From positions 1 to 61,297 of IMG/VR virus record IMGVR_UViG_3300028802_000015: a stretch of DNA of 61,297 nt. One strand, written 5' to 3'. The notes under the pieces were generated by a model, which was not told the origin of the DNA, did no database searches, and was given only the letters and a program-made list of their open reading frames with translations. Within the stretch, counting starts at the first letter, position 1, and each line of letters starts with the position of its first letter. The translations under genes and the position numbers were made by a program. Origin of the DNA: a virus. Taxonomy: Duplodnaviria; Caudoviricetes. Positions 1-8,842 of this stretch are shown here, piece after piece.

Positions 1-198
1 TCGGCGGCTACGTCGAGAACTGGTGATGCGCCTCGACACGGCGTGCCGGTACGCCGCACGCCGACCCACCCACCCCGCCTCCTGCCTGCACTGCGGGCAG
101 GCGGTGGCGGACCACACCACCCCGGAGCGCGACTACTGCGTCCGGCTGCTCGCCTCGCTCCGCGCCCTGTCGATCCGGCGGTAACGGGGACCGCGCCG

Positions 199-211
199 TT
201 TAGTTACTAAA
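199..211. promoter_or_regulatory. 13-bp palindrome TTTAGTTACTAAA (copy 1), centre of a perfect 35-bp inverted repeat at 188-222
   Basis: Read directly; intergenic, upstream of ORF 265. Confidence 0.9.
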
Positions 212-264
212 CGGCGCGGTCCACGAGTCAACCGGCTCACTTCCCAGCAGAGAGGGTCATCCCC

Positions 265-525
265 ATGACCACCTACATCAGTGCCGTGCTGGCCCCGTCC
301 CGGGCCAACGCGGCGATCACCACCAAGGCCGCGCTCAAGGCGGCGATCAAGGCGGACCCGAACAGCGTCGAGTTCATCTCGACCTCGGCGATGCACCGCA
401 ACGGCAGCCACTTCACCCTCGGCGAGGCGGTCACCGCGTTCGGCCCGCGGGTCGGCATCGAGTTGCGGCTCGGCCGGAACGTGTTCATGGTCGAGGCCGA
501 CGCCCGGTCGGCGGTCGTCCGATGA
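265..525 (+). CDS. Hypothetical protein
   Basis: ATG with purine-rich RBS, GC3-rich codons. Confidence 0.8.
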   Translation: MTTYISAVLAPSRANAAITTKAALKAAIKADPNSVEFISTSAMHRNGSHFTLGEAVTAFGPRVGIELRLGRNVFMVEADARSAVVR

Positions 526-713
526 GCGGGCAGTACGGGCCCGAGCAGATCGCCGGGTGCTACGGGGTCACGGTCAACGACCCGTGCCCCGAGGTCAAGA
601 TCGAGTTCCCCGACTGGGCTCCGCTGGTCGGCGCGCTCACCGTGGCCGGTCGCACCGACCGGGTGACCGGTCGTCCGGCCACCGTGTTCACCCCGCCCGA
701 GGACCTTCGGTGA
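522..713 (+). CDS. Hypothetical protein
   Basis: ATGA overlap with previous gene. Confidence 0.65.
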   Translation: MSGQYGPEQIAGCYGVTVNDPCPEVKIEFPDWAPLVGALTVAGRTDRVTGRPATVFTPPEDLR

Positions 714-976
714 CCGAGGTCCGGCAGGTGGTCAGCCTGCCCCCGTCCACCGTCACCAAGGCGGAGCGGCTGACCCATGAGCAGCGGCGGGCCCGCATCT
801 CCGCTGGGATGCGACGGGCCCACGCCGAGCGAGGTAACCGGGTCAACGGCCCGGTCACCTCGAACGTCATCGAGCAGGAGGTGTGGCACACCGCGCTCCG
901 GCTCGCGCACGGCATCCTCACCCGCATCGAGCGGGTCAGCCCGACCGAGGTCATCGTCCACAACAACCCGCGCTGA
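710..976 (+). CDS. Hypothetical protein
   Basis: GTGA overlap; 3' part of track ORF 281..976. Confidence 0.7.
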   Translation: MTEVRQVVSLPPSTVTKAERLTHEQRRARISAGMRRAHAERGNRVNGPVTSNVIEQEVWHTALRLAHGILTRIERVSPTEVIVHNNPR

Positions 977-1003
977 TCCCGGCGTAACGGCAGCCCGCCC
1001 CGC

Positions 1004-1016
1004 TTTAGTCACTAAA
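1004..1016. promoter_or_regulatory. 13-bp palindrome TTTAGTCACTAAA (copy 2), inside a GC stem at 991-1030
   Basis: Read directly. Confidence 0.9.
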
Positions 1017-1074
1017 CGCGGGGCGGGCTGACGAGTCGCCCGGCTCACTCCACTTCCCAACCAGGAGGCATCCC

Positions 1075-1470
1075 ATGACACACCTCATCCACTCCGGCGA
1101 GGCACCGGCCGTCGGCCTGCGCGTCATCGACTACGACCGCGACCAGGGCACCATCGTCAAGGTCAGCGACCGCGGTCCGTGCGGCCCGCACTGCAACGCG
1201 TGGCACACCGTGCGCAAGGACAACGGCGCGACCGCCCTGTTCAACTGCACCCGGCTGACCACCGTCGGTGTCGTCGCCCGCCCGACCATCGTGGTCCTCA
1301 CCTTCGACCCGCGGGAGGACTGCGGCGTCGAGGTCATCGGCCCGTTCGAGAACGAGGACAAGGCGATGGCCTGGGTGGACCGGGCCCAGCCGACCCTGCC
1401 CAACGTCATCGACTTCTCGATCGAGACGATGACCCAGCCGTTCATCCCCGACTGGTCGGTGACGGCGTGA
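1075..1470 (+). CDS. Hypothetical protein
   Basis: AGGAGG RBS, ATG start. Confidence 0.8.
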   Translation: MTHLIHSGEAPAVGLRVIDYDRDQGTIVKVSDRGPCGPHCNAWHTVRKDNGATALFNCTRLTTVGVVARPTIVVLTFDPREDCGVEVIGPFENEDKAMAWVDRAQPTLPNVIDFSIETMTQPFIPDWSVTA

Positions 1471-1631
1471 CCCGACCCACCCTGGCCGACGAGACGCTGC
1501 TCCTGCTGCTCACCTGGGCGGTGCTCACCGCCGACCACCCCTCTCAGATCGTCATCGAGTCGTGGCCGGAGCCGTCGGTCCCGCTCGCTATCACCGTGCT
1601 GAACCAACCGGCGAACCCGTCGCCGGTTTAG
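1467..1631 (+). CDS. Small hypothetical protein
   Basis: GTGA overlap; its TAG stop lies inside palindrome copy 3. Confidence 0.5.
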   Translation: MTRPTLADETLLLLLTWAVLTADHPSQIVIESWPEPSVPLAITVLNQPANPSPV

Positions 1632-1639
1632 TGACTAAA
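1627..1639. promoter_or_regulatory. 13-bp palindrome TTTAGTGACTAAA (copy 3)
   Basis: Read directly; directly before RBS AGGAGCAGCC-ATG. Confidence 0.9.
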
Positions 1640-1652
1640 CCTAGGAGCAGCC

Positions 1653-2123
1653 ATGCCTCCCGCAACCCGCAAGACCGCCGCTCCCCGGCGGGCCACGAAG
1701 AAGGCGGTGACCGCGGCCGAGTCGCCCCGGCGCACCGCGAAGAAGGCGACCCCCGCACGGGCCGCGGTTGACCGGTTCCCCTGGGACGCGGACTCGTTCC
1801 CCGACCAGGCCGCGGCTGAGGCTGCGCTGGTCGCGCTCAAGGCGGCGGTGGTCCGCAAGGTCAACGTGCTGACCGAGCGGCACGGGTGGTGCGACGAGGC
1901 GGTCCGGGCCATGCAGGAGATGCGGCTCATCAGGCCGCCGCAGCCGGTGACCATGACCATCGAGGTCGAGGTCAACCAGGCCGCGTTCCGGTCGATGGGG
2001 TGGAGCACCCGGTCTGACGCCGACGTGCGGCGGCGGCTCACCGACGACCCGGTGGCGGCGGCACGGTACGGGCGGATCAAGTCCACCCGGTTCGCTGACC
2101 CCACCCCGCCGGACGCCGCATGA
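1653..2123 (+). CDS. Hypothetical protein with a basic, histone-like (K/R/A/P/T) N-terminus
   Basis: AGGAG RBS; RKTAAPRRATKKA..RTAKKATPARA. Confidence 0.8.
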   Translation: MPPATRKTAAPRRATKKAVTAAESPRRTAKKATPARAAVDRFPWDADSFPDQAAAEAALVALKAAVVRKVNVLTERHGWCDEAVRAMQEMRLIRPPQPVTMTIEVEVNQAAFRSMGWSTRSDADVRRRLTDDPVAAARYGRIKSTRFADPTPPDAA

Positions 2124-2287
2124 TCCGTCCGCTCACCGTGCTCCGTATCGCACGCGGCCTGCGCAGCGAACGGGGGGAGAACCCGGAGTACGACCGTGCC
2201 CTGGTCGAGATGACCGGGGACCTGCTCGGTATCGCCCACGATCTAGCCCGGGACCTGGTTCTCGGAGAAGGGACCATCAGCCAATGA
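2120..2287 (+). CDS. Small hypothetical protein (55 aa, MIRPLTVLR...ENPEYDRALVE...)
   Basis: Translated by hand; ATGA overlaps at both ends. Confidence 0.65.
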   Translation: MIRPLTVLRIARGLRSERGENPEYDRALVEMTGDLLGIAHDLARDLVLGEGTISQ

Positions 2288-2709
2288 GTCGATCAGTCAC
2301 CATCAGGGACGCCGACCACGCGATCGCCCTGCTCGAAGCGCAGGTCAACGCGCTGGGTGCGGACTACGTGTACCCGCCCAGCGTGTCGGGCACCGGCACC
2401 TGCCGGTACTTCGACCAGGCAGCGGAGGAGTGCGACCCGGACGGCAGGCCGCTGCTCAAGGCGGGGTGCATCGTCGGCCACGTGCTCATCGCGCTCGGCT
2501 TCGAGCCGGACGTGGCGGGGTACTCGGGCGACCCGATCGAGGACAACAACGCTTCGGGGCTGGTCGATGACGGGACCATCATGGCCCCGGCGATCGTCGG
2601 CCACATCCTGACCGCGGCGCAGACCGCGCAGGATGCGGGCCAGACCTGGGGTGACGCGCTCACCACGGCTCGTCAGGCCCGCCTGGACTGGGAGGCGGAG
2701 GATGCCTAG
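2284..2709 (+). CDS. Hypothetical protein
   Basis: Coupled ORF with coding-like codon usage. Confidence 0.8.
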   Translation: MSRSVTIRDADHAIALLEAQVNALGADYVYPPSVSGTGTCRYFDQAAEECDPDGRPLLKAGCIVGHVLIALGFEPDVAGYSGDPIEDNNASGLVDDGTIMAPAIVGHILTAAQTAQDAGQTWGDALTTARQARLDWEAEDA

Positions 2710-3106
2710 GTATCGCTACCTGTCGGACGCGCTGAACGAGGTACTGCGCGAGCGGGCTTTAGTCACTAAACCGGGGACCGCTCAGCCGACGCCGATCTTC
2801 CAGCGGGTGATGGGCAGGCGGGGTCCGGTCCGGTTCCCGCATGACTTCACCGGCTGGTCGAAGCCGATGCTGCGCGGGTACATCGACCACTGGCACCCGG
2901 CCCGGCCGGACACGTCCCGCTTCAACAAGCGGTCGCTGACCCGGCTGGCCGAGCAGGTGCGGGACTGGCAGGGGTTCGACTCGGAGTACCCGTCGGACGA
3001 GGACCTGATCGTCCCGTTCCAGATGTGGAAGTTGGAGCACCGGTTCACCGGTGCCCGGCTCCTCAAGAACTCGCTCGACTCGGTGAATGGGGATGCCGAG
3101 GAGTGA
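2702..3106 (+). CDS. Hypothetical protein; contains palindrome copy 4 in frame as LVTK
   Basis: GGAGG RBS then ATG at 2702. Confidence 0.7.
   Translation: MPRYRYLSDALNEVLRERALVTKPGTAQPTPIFQRVMGRRGPVRFPHDFTGWSKPMLRGYIDHWHPARPDTSRFNKRSLTRLAEQVRDWQGFDSEYPSDEDLIVPFQMWKLEHRFTGARLLKNSLDSVNGDAEE
2758..2770. promoter_or_regulatory. 13-bp palindrome TTTAGTCACTAAA (copy 4, intragenic)
   Basis: Read directly. Confidence 0.9.
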
Positions 3107-3248
3107 GAGCAGCAGCAGTGTGACCGCTGTTGCCTGTCGCGCATCGGGAAGGGAAGTCCCGGTGCGCGGTGGGGAGTGATGGTCACTCCGTAGGTAACTG
3201 CCCTAAGTGCGGGGCCTGCTCCATCAGGGGGGTGGGCCCCGCCGGTCA

Positions 3249-3261
3249 TTTAGTTACTAAA
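3249..3261. promoter_or_regulatory. 13-bp palindrome TTTAGTTACTAAA (copy 5)
   Basis: Read directly. Confidence 0.9.
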
Positions 3262-3289
3262 CAGCCCGCGAGGGTGGAGAGGTACAGCC

Positions 3290-3592
3290 ATGTTCCGCAA
3301 GGCAATCACCGCCGTGGTGACGGCGGTCCTGGTCGGTGGGCTCGGGGTCACCTGGGCCGGACCGGCTGACGCAGCGCAGGCGTGCATGACCCGGGCCGAG
3401 TTCCGGCACGTGCACATGGGGATGACGCTGCCCCGGGTGGCACGCATCGTCGGCAGTCGGGGTCATGTGTTCTCGGTGACGGAGAGCGGCGACCACCGGT
3501 ACGTCATCCGTGAGTGGCCGGTCTGCGGGTCGGACTCGGCCGCTGCGTTCGGGTTCGCCAACGGCCACGTCCGGTCGCGGATGTGGGCATGA
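3290..3592 (+). CDS. Putative secreted protein
   Basis: Signal-peptide-like N-terminus ending AQA. Confidence 0.75.
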   Translation: MFRKAITAVVTAVLVGGLGVTWAGPADAAQACMTRAEFRHVHMGMTLPRVARIVGSRGHVFSVTESGDHRYVIREWPVCGSDSAAAFGFANGHVRSRMWA

Positions 3593-3840
3593 GCCGGACG
3601 CTGCGCGAGGTCATGGCCGACGACCTGGCCCATCGCCTTGAGTACCTGGGCGGGACGCTGGTCCCGCACGTCGAGGGTGGCTACGAGGCTGCCCTGTCCC
3701 CGCGGCTGAGGCTCCGGTTGCTCGCCAAGACCGGCGGGGTCAAGTCGATCAACCGGCTGACCGCGGATGAGATCGTCATCGGCACCGCCCTGACCCGCGC
3801 TATCCACTCGCTGTACCGACAGGAGGTTCGCGACCAGTGA
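3589..3840 (+). CDS. Hypothetical protein
   Basis: ATGA overlap. Confidence 0.7.
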   Translation: MSRTLREVMADDLAHRLEYLGGTLVPHVEGGYEAALSPRLRLRLLAKTGGVKSINRLTADEIVIGTALTRAIHSLYRQEVRDQ

Positions 3841-4106
3841 CACCCCCCGACCTGCCCGTTCCCCCGCCCGACTGGGCCCGGCTATGCCGGTGCTCCGGGC
3901 TGACCGAGGAGGAGGTGACCAGCGGCCACGGTGTGACCTGCTGGTGCGGTGCCTACGCCGACGAGGAGGACGCACTCTGCGAGAGGTGCCGCAACGGCTG
4001 CACCTTCACGGTCCTCACGCTGGACGAGGCACGGGAGCGCGCGGTACGCGACGCCGAGTGGATGCAGCAGGGGGCCAGTGGTTCAGTCAACGACCGTCTC
4101 GTTTAG
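3837..4106 (+). CDS. Cys-rich hypothetical protein
   Basis: CRC, CWC and CERC motifs; stop inside palindrome copy 6. Confidence 0.7.
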   Translation: MTPPDLPVPPPDWARLCRCSGLTEEEVTSGHGVTCWCGAYADEEDALCERCRNGCTFTVLTLDEARERAVRDAEWMQQGASGSVNDRLV

Positions 4107-4114
4107 TCACTAAA
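4102..4114. promoter_or_regulatory. 13-bp palindrome TTTAGTCACTAAA (copy 6)
   Basis: Read directly. Confidence 0.9.
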
Positions 4115-4129
4115 GATCGGAGCAACGGC

Positions 4130-4306
4130 ATGGCGAAGCCGATCGCAGCAGGTGCGCTGCTGACGAACCTCGACAACGCGATCACCCCGATCGTGAAGAA
4201 CTTAATCGAGCAGGGTTACCCGGCGGATGAGGTGACCGCCACCTTGGCCCGGCACTGCGAGGTGCGGGTCGCGCAGTTGGTGGCGGAGGTGGCGACCGAT
4301 GGGTAG
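4130..4306 (+). CDS. Small hypothetical protein
   Basis: GATCGGAGCAAC RBS then ATG. Confidence 0.7.
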   Translation: MAKPIAAGALLTNLDNAITPIVKNLIEQGYPADEVTATLARHCEVRVAQLVAEVATDG

Positions 4307-4556
4307 GTGGTGGCTCCGGCACAAGGACCCTGACCCGGTGCTCATCATCAACGGCACGGCCCGCAAGGTGTCCGACATTCGGTTGCACGCGATGAACGTG
4401 GCGGCCAACGACTGGGAGACGGGTGTCGAGCGTGGGCTGGCGATCACCCTGATCGCTGCGCTCGATGAACTCATGCACGAGGGCGGGCCCATCATGCACG
4501 AGGTGACGTGCCCGCAGTGTGGTGGCACGATCCGAGCCCGGATGGCTGACAAGTGA
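4299..4556 (+). CDS. Hypothetical protein with C-terminal CPQC
   Basis: GGAGG RBS, coupled. Confidence 0.7.
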   Translation: MGRWWLRHKDPDPVLIINGTARKVSDIRLHAMNVAANDWETGVERGLAITLIAALDELMHEGGPIMHEVTCPQCGGTIRARMADK

Positions 4557-4816
4557 TCCGGGCGGTGATGACCATCAACAACCGGGTGACGCTGCTGCTC
4601 GGGCTGTCGGCGGAGAACCTGCGTCGTCTGCCTCTGGATCAGCCGATCGTGGTGGACATGCTCGCGTTGGAGCAGACCACCGGCAAGCGTGTTCAAGACC
4701 TGCTGCTCATCGCTGGTGAGACGGAGGACTCGATCACCGCTCAGATCCGTGGGGCAATCCCTGAGATGTGGGCCGAGGCGGTTCGGTCTGGTCGTGTGTT
4801 CGGGGTCAACGGATGA
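4553..4816 (+). CDS. Hypothetical protein
   Basis: GTGA overlap. Confidence 0.7.
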   Translation: MIRAVMTINNRVTLLLGLSAENLRRLPLDQPIVVDMLALEQTTGKRVQDLLLIAGETEDSITAQIRGAIPEMWAEAVRSGRVFGVNG

Positions 4817-5151
4817 CCGCGCAACTGTGCGGCATCGGGTATCAGCGGCCGGATGGTTCGGTGGTGCGCTGCACCTACATCGCCGGGCACCCGGATGTGA
4901 TGGAGCGGTGTTCGTGGTTCGGGGTGAAGGCGCAGGACGAGGCTGACTCGGAGTCCGGCAACCACGACTACACGCCGCAGGTCATCCAAGCGCTGCTCGA
5001 CGCGATGCTGGCCGGTGACCTCGACCCGTACATCGAGGCGGTGCTGGCTGCTGGTCACACCCGGAAGCGTGCGCTGCGCGGGGAGCGTCACGAGTTCAGG
5101 ATCAACGTGGCGGGAGTTGACAACCCACCTCCCAGCCCTAAGTCAAGTTGA
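4813..5151 (+). CDS. Hypothetical protein
   Basis: ATGA overlap. Confidence 0.7.
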   Translation: MTAQLCGIGYQRPDGSVVRCTYIAGHPDVMERCSWFGVKAQDEADSESGNHDYTPQVIQALLDAMLAGDLDPYIEAVLAAGHTRKRALRGERHEFRINVAGVDNPPPSPKSS

Positions 5152-5176
5152 CACACAAGGTCAACTCTGGAAGAAT
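5146..5176 (+). promoter_or_regulatory. Putative sigma70-type promoter (TTGACA 5148-5153, AAGAAT 5171-5176) overlapped by inverted repeat GTTGAC-N7-GTCAAC
   Basis: Perfect -35 with 17-nt spacer; same inverted repeat at 59388 and 60671. Confidence 0.6.
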
Positions 5177-5223
5177 AGTTCTTAGTCGGGACAGGTCTGC
5201 CCTTGGGTCTGTCCCGACTCCCG

Positions 5224-5236
5224 TTTAGTAACTAAA
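5224..5236. promoter_or_regulatory. 13-bp palindrome TTTAGTAACTAAA (copy 7)
   Basis: Read directly; follows a hairpin at about 5184-5219. Confidence 0.9.
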
Positions 5237-5253
5237 CGAGAGGTCGTATCCCC

Positions 5254-5742
5254 ATGTCAGACCAACCGATCCTTCCCTACGGCGGTAACACCGAGCCCAA
5301 CTCCGGCCACGCCGGGTCCGAAGCGAGCCGCGACCGTGCCCGCACCGAGGACGCCGACGGCACCACCTCCTACCGGCAGCGCAAGGTCCGCATGTTCATC
5401 GAGGCAGCGGGCGAGCGCGGCATGACGTGGGCCGAGGTGGCGGAGGCGTGCAGGCTGCACCACGGACAGGCGTCAGGCGCACTGTCCAGCCTGCACCGGG
5501 CAGGCAAGATCGCCCGGCTCAACGAACGCCGCAACCGCTGCTCCGTCTACGTCATGCCCGACCAGGTGGCCGGGCGTGAGGCGGTGCTGTCCGGTGTCAC
5601 CAGCACGACCGCGCTGCTCGGTGACATGGCTGCGTTGCTCACCCGGTTCAGCCACAACTGCGTGCACACCCCGTTCAGTGACCCGCACTGCATCCAGTGC
5701 GAGACCCGAGAAGTGTTGCGCCGCTACGAGGCGCGCACCTGA
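5254..5742 (+). CDS. Winged helix-turn-helix DNA-binding protein
   Basis: GMTWAEVAEACRLHHGQASGALSSLHRAGKI pattern. Confidence 0.7.
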   Translation: MSDQPILPYGGNTEPNSGHAGSEASRDRARTEDADGTTSYRQRKVRMFIEAAGERGMTWAEVAEACRLHHGQASGALSSLHRAGKIARLNERRNRCSVYVMPDQVAGREAVLSGVTSTTALLGDMAALLTRFSHNCVHTPFSDPHCIQCETREVLRRYEART

Positions 5743-5761
5743 GAGAAAGGGCAACCTGCTC

Positions 5762-5959
5762 ATGGACAACGTTTACCCCCTGTTCGGAGACAAGCCGCCG
5801 CCAGCGGCCGAGGCGTCGGACTGGGTGGAGAAGTTCATCGAGGACACACTCAGCCACTCGCTGTACCTGCTCCAACAGGTACATGAGGCCGAGAGCGAGG
5901 CTGGGTTCCGTGAGGCAGCGCGGAACTTCCAGCGTGACGTGGCTGCCTGGCCGGTCTGA
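5762..5959 (+). CDS. Hypothetical protein
   Basis: GAAAGG RBS then ATG. Confidence 0.65.
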   Translation: MDNVYPLFGDKPPPAAEASDWVEKFIEDTLSHSLYLLQQVHEAESEAGFREAARNFQRDVAAWPV

Positions 5960-6135
5960 TGACCTCACGCAAGCGGCACCTCATGGTCACTGTCCATCGT
6001 GCTGCCTGCGGAGCGGTTGATCCCCCACTCACGACCAGCGATCCGTCGCGGGTCACGTGTGGTGGGTGCAAGCGCACGTTGGCTATGGCCGATGCCGAGG
6101 TGCGCACGACAAGCAAGGTCCGTCCCATTCGTTGA
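5959..6135 (+). CDS. Small putative Zn-binding protein (H..C...CGGC)
   Basis: Translated by hand; TGATG overlap. Confidence 0.6.
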   Translation: MTSRKRHLMVTVHRAACGAVDPPLTTSDPSRVTCGGCKRTLAMADAEVRTTSKVRPIR

Positions 6136-6139
6136 TCCG

Positions 6140-6152
6140 TTTAGTGACTAAA
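6140..6152. promoter_or_regulatory. 13-bp palindrome TTTAGTGACTAAA (copy 8)
   Basis: Read directly. Confidence 0.9.
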
Positions 6153-6177
6153 CGGTGAGAGGTAACAGGAGCAGCCA

Positions 6178-7437
6178 GTGACACAGATCAACCGCGTGCA
6201 GATCGGGGACCGTCTCCACTCGTTCCCCGAGTTCCACGCTCTCCCTCCAGGGACCACCATCGGGACCCGCGCCGGTGACCGGGCCCCGTTCACCAAGGGG
6301 GAGAACGGGTTGTGGGTCAGCGTCAACACCTACGACCGGAACGGCATCTCGCCGGAGAACAACTTCTCCCTCGGTTACATGCGGGTCCTGACCTACCCGG
6401 ACAACTACACCCCGGAGCCCGCGGTCCCGCCGACGCTCACCCAGTTCAAGTGGCAGTTCCGTGACTACATGTTCGCGGCGCAGGAGATGCACGGCGTGTC
6501 GTTCGACGCGGTGAACCGCGCGATGCGTGAACTCGAAGTCACCGACGACCTGTTCCCGCTGGGTGTGGAGATGTTCATCGAGTCCAGCACCGAGCGGGAG
6601 CGACTGCCGGAGGGCACGATCATCGTGTCCGGCAACCCGCAGGACGTGTCACGCAGCGGCGCGTTCATCCGCGAGCCGAGCAGGTGGCGGGCACTGGGCC
6701 TCGGTCTGCTGCGCGAACCGCGCCGCGGCTACTCGGCCTACGTGGAGGCGATGCCCGGGTCGTCCGCTCCGCCGGACTGGTGGACTGAGATCGGCAGCAG
6801 CGCGGACGAGGACGCGGTGCTCGCGTTCAAGCAGCGGGCGTACCAGGTGTCGATGAAGGTCAAGTCCAACCAGCAGTGGTGCTCGACGTTGGAGTCGTGC
6901 ATCTCCCGGGTCGGGCTGACGCCAGAGATCATGCACATCCGCAACGTCGGCGACGTGCGGGTGGGTGACCAGGTGAACCCAGAGACGGCGCGCACGCTGC
7001 CGGTGGGCACGGTCCTGCGGTGGCAGTCGCAGGACCACCAGGCCACCCGGGTGCAGTGGTTCGTCCGTGACGACTCGGCGCAGAACTTGGCGCGCACCCG
7101 GCGGGTGTGCGGCTACCGGGAGGACGGGCTGGCGCTGGTCCACTACGCCCGGCGGATGGAGGTCATGGCGTTCCCGCCGCCCGAGGGTGGGTGGATGCAC
7201 CTGTCGGTTGACCTGGTTCGTGCGCTGCCGTCGATCGCACCGGGCACGGTGCTGGCGTACCGGGTCGAGGAGCCGCAGTACATGGTGGCCCGGGACCACC
7301 GGATCTCTGGGATCTACGACGTGATCGGCGGTGCGAACGGTCAGCCTCCGGCGACGGGGCAGCACCGTCTCGCGGACTTCGACAGCAGCGAGCAGTTGTT
7401 CGTCGCCCGGTTCGCCCTGCCTGAGGCAACGGCATGA
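6178..7437 (+). CDS. Hypothetical protein with repeated LPxGT modules
   Basis: 419-aa ORF; AGGAGCAGCC RBS. Confidence 0.85.
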   Translation: MTQINRVQIGDRLHSFPEFHALPPGTTIGTRAGDRAPFTKGENGLWVSVNTYDRNGISPENNFSLGYMRVLTYPDNYTPEPAVPPTLTQFKWQFRDYMFAAQEMHGVSFDAVNRAMRELEVTDDLFPLGVEMFIESSTERERLPEGTIIVSGNPQDVSRSGAFIREPSRWRALGLGLLREPRRGYSAYVEAMPGSSAPPDWWTEIGSSADEDAVLAFKQRAYQVSMKVKSNQQWCSTLESCISRVGLTPEIMHIRNVGDVRVGDQVNPETARTLPVGTVLRWQSQDHQATRVQWFVRDDSAQNLARTRRVCGYREDGLALVHYARRMEVMAFPPPEGGWMHLSVDLVRALPSIAPGTVLAYRVEEPQYMVARDHRISGIYDVIGGANGQPPATGQHRLADFDSSEQLFVARFALPEATA

Positions 7438-7745
7438 CCGCCGAGCAGCACCAGGCGGGCCCGCCGGTCACGTCCCTGGATCAGGTGCTCAACCAGTTCC
7501 AGGGTGTGCCGGACGGCTTGAAGCAGGCGCTCATGGACCGCGAGGACAACATCGCGGACATGCTGCGGCTGGCCGGTGCGCAGTACGGGACGTTCCCGCA
7601 GATCGTGGCGGAGGTGCTGTGCCAGGTGGGACTCGGCACGCCACCTACGACCGAGGAAAGGGCCATGATCCACAACCAGTTCCACGCCGTGATCGAGGAG
7701 TTGCGGCGGCAGTTCGGGGTCGGCGACGACCCGACCAACCTTTAG
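7434..7745 (+). CDS. Hypothetical protein
   Basis: ATGA overlap; stop inside palindrome copy 9. Confidence 0.75.
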   Translation: MTAEQHQAGPPVTSLDQVLNQFQGVPDGLKQALMDREDNIADMLRLAGAQYGTFPQIVAEVLCQVGLGTPPTTEERAMIHNQFHAVIEELRRQFGVGDDPTNL

Positions 7746-7753
7746 TCACTAAA
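7741..7753. promoter_or_regulatory. 13-bp palindrome TTTAGTCACTAAA (copy 9)
   Basis: Read directly. Confidence 0.9.
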
Positions 7754-7767
7754 CCAGGAGCAGCCAG

Positions 7768-8709
7768 ATGACAACGACAGCAGAAGCACCAGCAACCATT
7801 CCCATCCCAGCGGTCGGGCAGGTGCTCGCGGCAATGGTGGAGTTCGAGGCCCTGCCGATCGGGTCGGTGGTCCGCACCACCGGCTCGGCACCGGACTCGT
7901 GGGTCCGGGTCGATGACCGTGGGGACGGGACGCACATGTGGCGGACCGTGAGCGGGGCGACCCTGCCGATCCGGGGGGCGAACTTCGCGGGTGCGATCAC
8001 CTCGGGGTACGTGACGGTGGCGAGTATCGGCGGTGAGGCAGGGAGCAACGAACCGATGGTGTCCTCGGAGCAGGTGAAGGTGGGTGACACCTTCTTCCAG
8101 TTCGGCGCGCAGGACCGGGCGTTCGTGGTGGTCCTGCTCGACGCGGGGGCGCACGAGTGCCAGGTCGCGGAGTTCGTCCGCAACCAGGAGGGGGTCATGG
8201 TGTTCAACCGGATGACCCACTGCTCACGGAACTACGTGGTCGCCCGGCCGCGCTACCCGGTGACCCCGGACTGGGCGCAGGCGGTGATCCCGATGGCTGT
8301 GCTGCTCTACAACCGGGGCTCGGCAGCGGGGGCGACCGGCATGGCGGAGGTGCCCGAGGGGTTGGTCAACGACCTGACCCGGTACGGCCGGGAGGTGGAC
8401 GACGGCGACTTCGACGCGATCCTGCGCAGGCACAACCTGGTGGAGACGGACCACCGGATCGCGGTGCGGATCGAGGGCACGTCGGAGTGGGCACCGACCC
8501 GGGCTCAGGTGACCCAGGTCGGTGTGCTGGCTCCTGACCTGTTCCTCACGGAGGGGGTCGAGGGCACGGTCCAGGTCCGCTGGTCGCGGGTGGTCGATGT
8601 GACCAGGACCGGGCGGGGCTGCCAGTGCAGCACCATCAGCGATGGTGACGTGACGGGCTTCCTGCCGCCGAACACGACACGCTTCACGCACACCCAGACC
8701 TGCCGCTGA
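7768..8709 (+). CDS. Hypothetical protein
   Basis: 313-aa ORF; AGGAGCAGCC RBS. Confidence 0.85.
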   Translation: MTTTAEAPATIPIPAVGQVLAAMVEFEALPIGSVVRTTGSAPDSWVRVDDRGDGTHMWRTVSGATLPIRGANFAGAITSGYVTVASIGGEAGSNEPMVSSEQVKVGDTFFQFGAQDRAFVVVLLDAGAHECQVAEFVRNQEGVMVFNRMTHCSRNYVVARPRYPVTPDWAQAVIPMAVLLYNRGSAAGATGMAEVPEGLVNDLTRYGREVDDGDFDAILRRHNLVETDHRIAVRIEGTSEWAPTRAQVTQVGVLAPDLFLTEGVEGTVQVRWSRVVDVTRTGRGCQCSTISDGDVTGFLPPNTTRFTHTQTCR

Positions 8710-8749
8710 CTGTCGGCACGGTCCGATAGGCTGGGTCAACCAGCCCCAG

Positions 8750-8762
8750 TTTAGTAACTAAA
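8750..8762. promoter_or_regulatory. 13-bp palindrome TTTAGTAACTAAA (copy 10)
   Basis: Read directly. Confidence 0.9.
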
Positions 8763-8842
8763 CAAGACTTCGTAGACACACAGGGTGTCTGCGAGGCCGG
8801 TCGGAGAGTCCGACCGGCAAGGGCACAGATCGGAGCAACTGT

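Noticed and set aside
3103-3253. Gene in the gap before palindrome copy 5
   Set aside because: Cys-containing frames exist, but none has a convincing start and RBS
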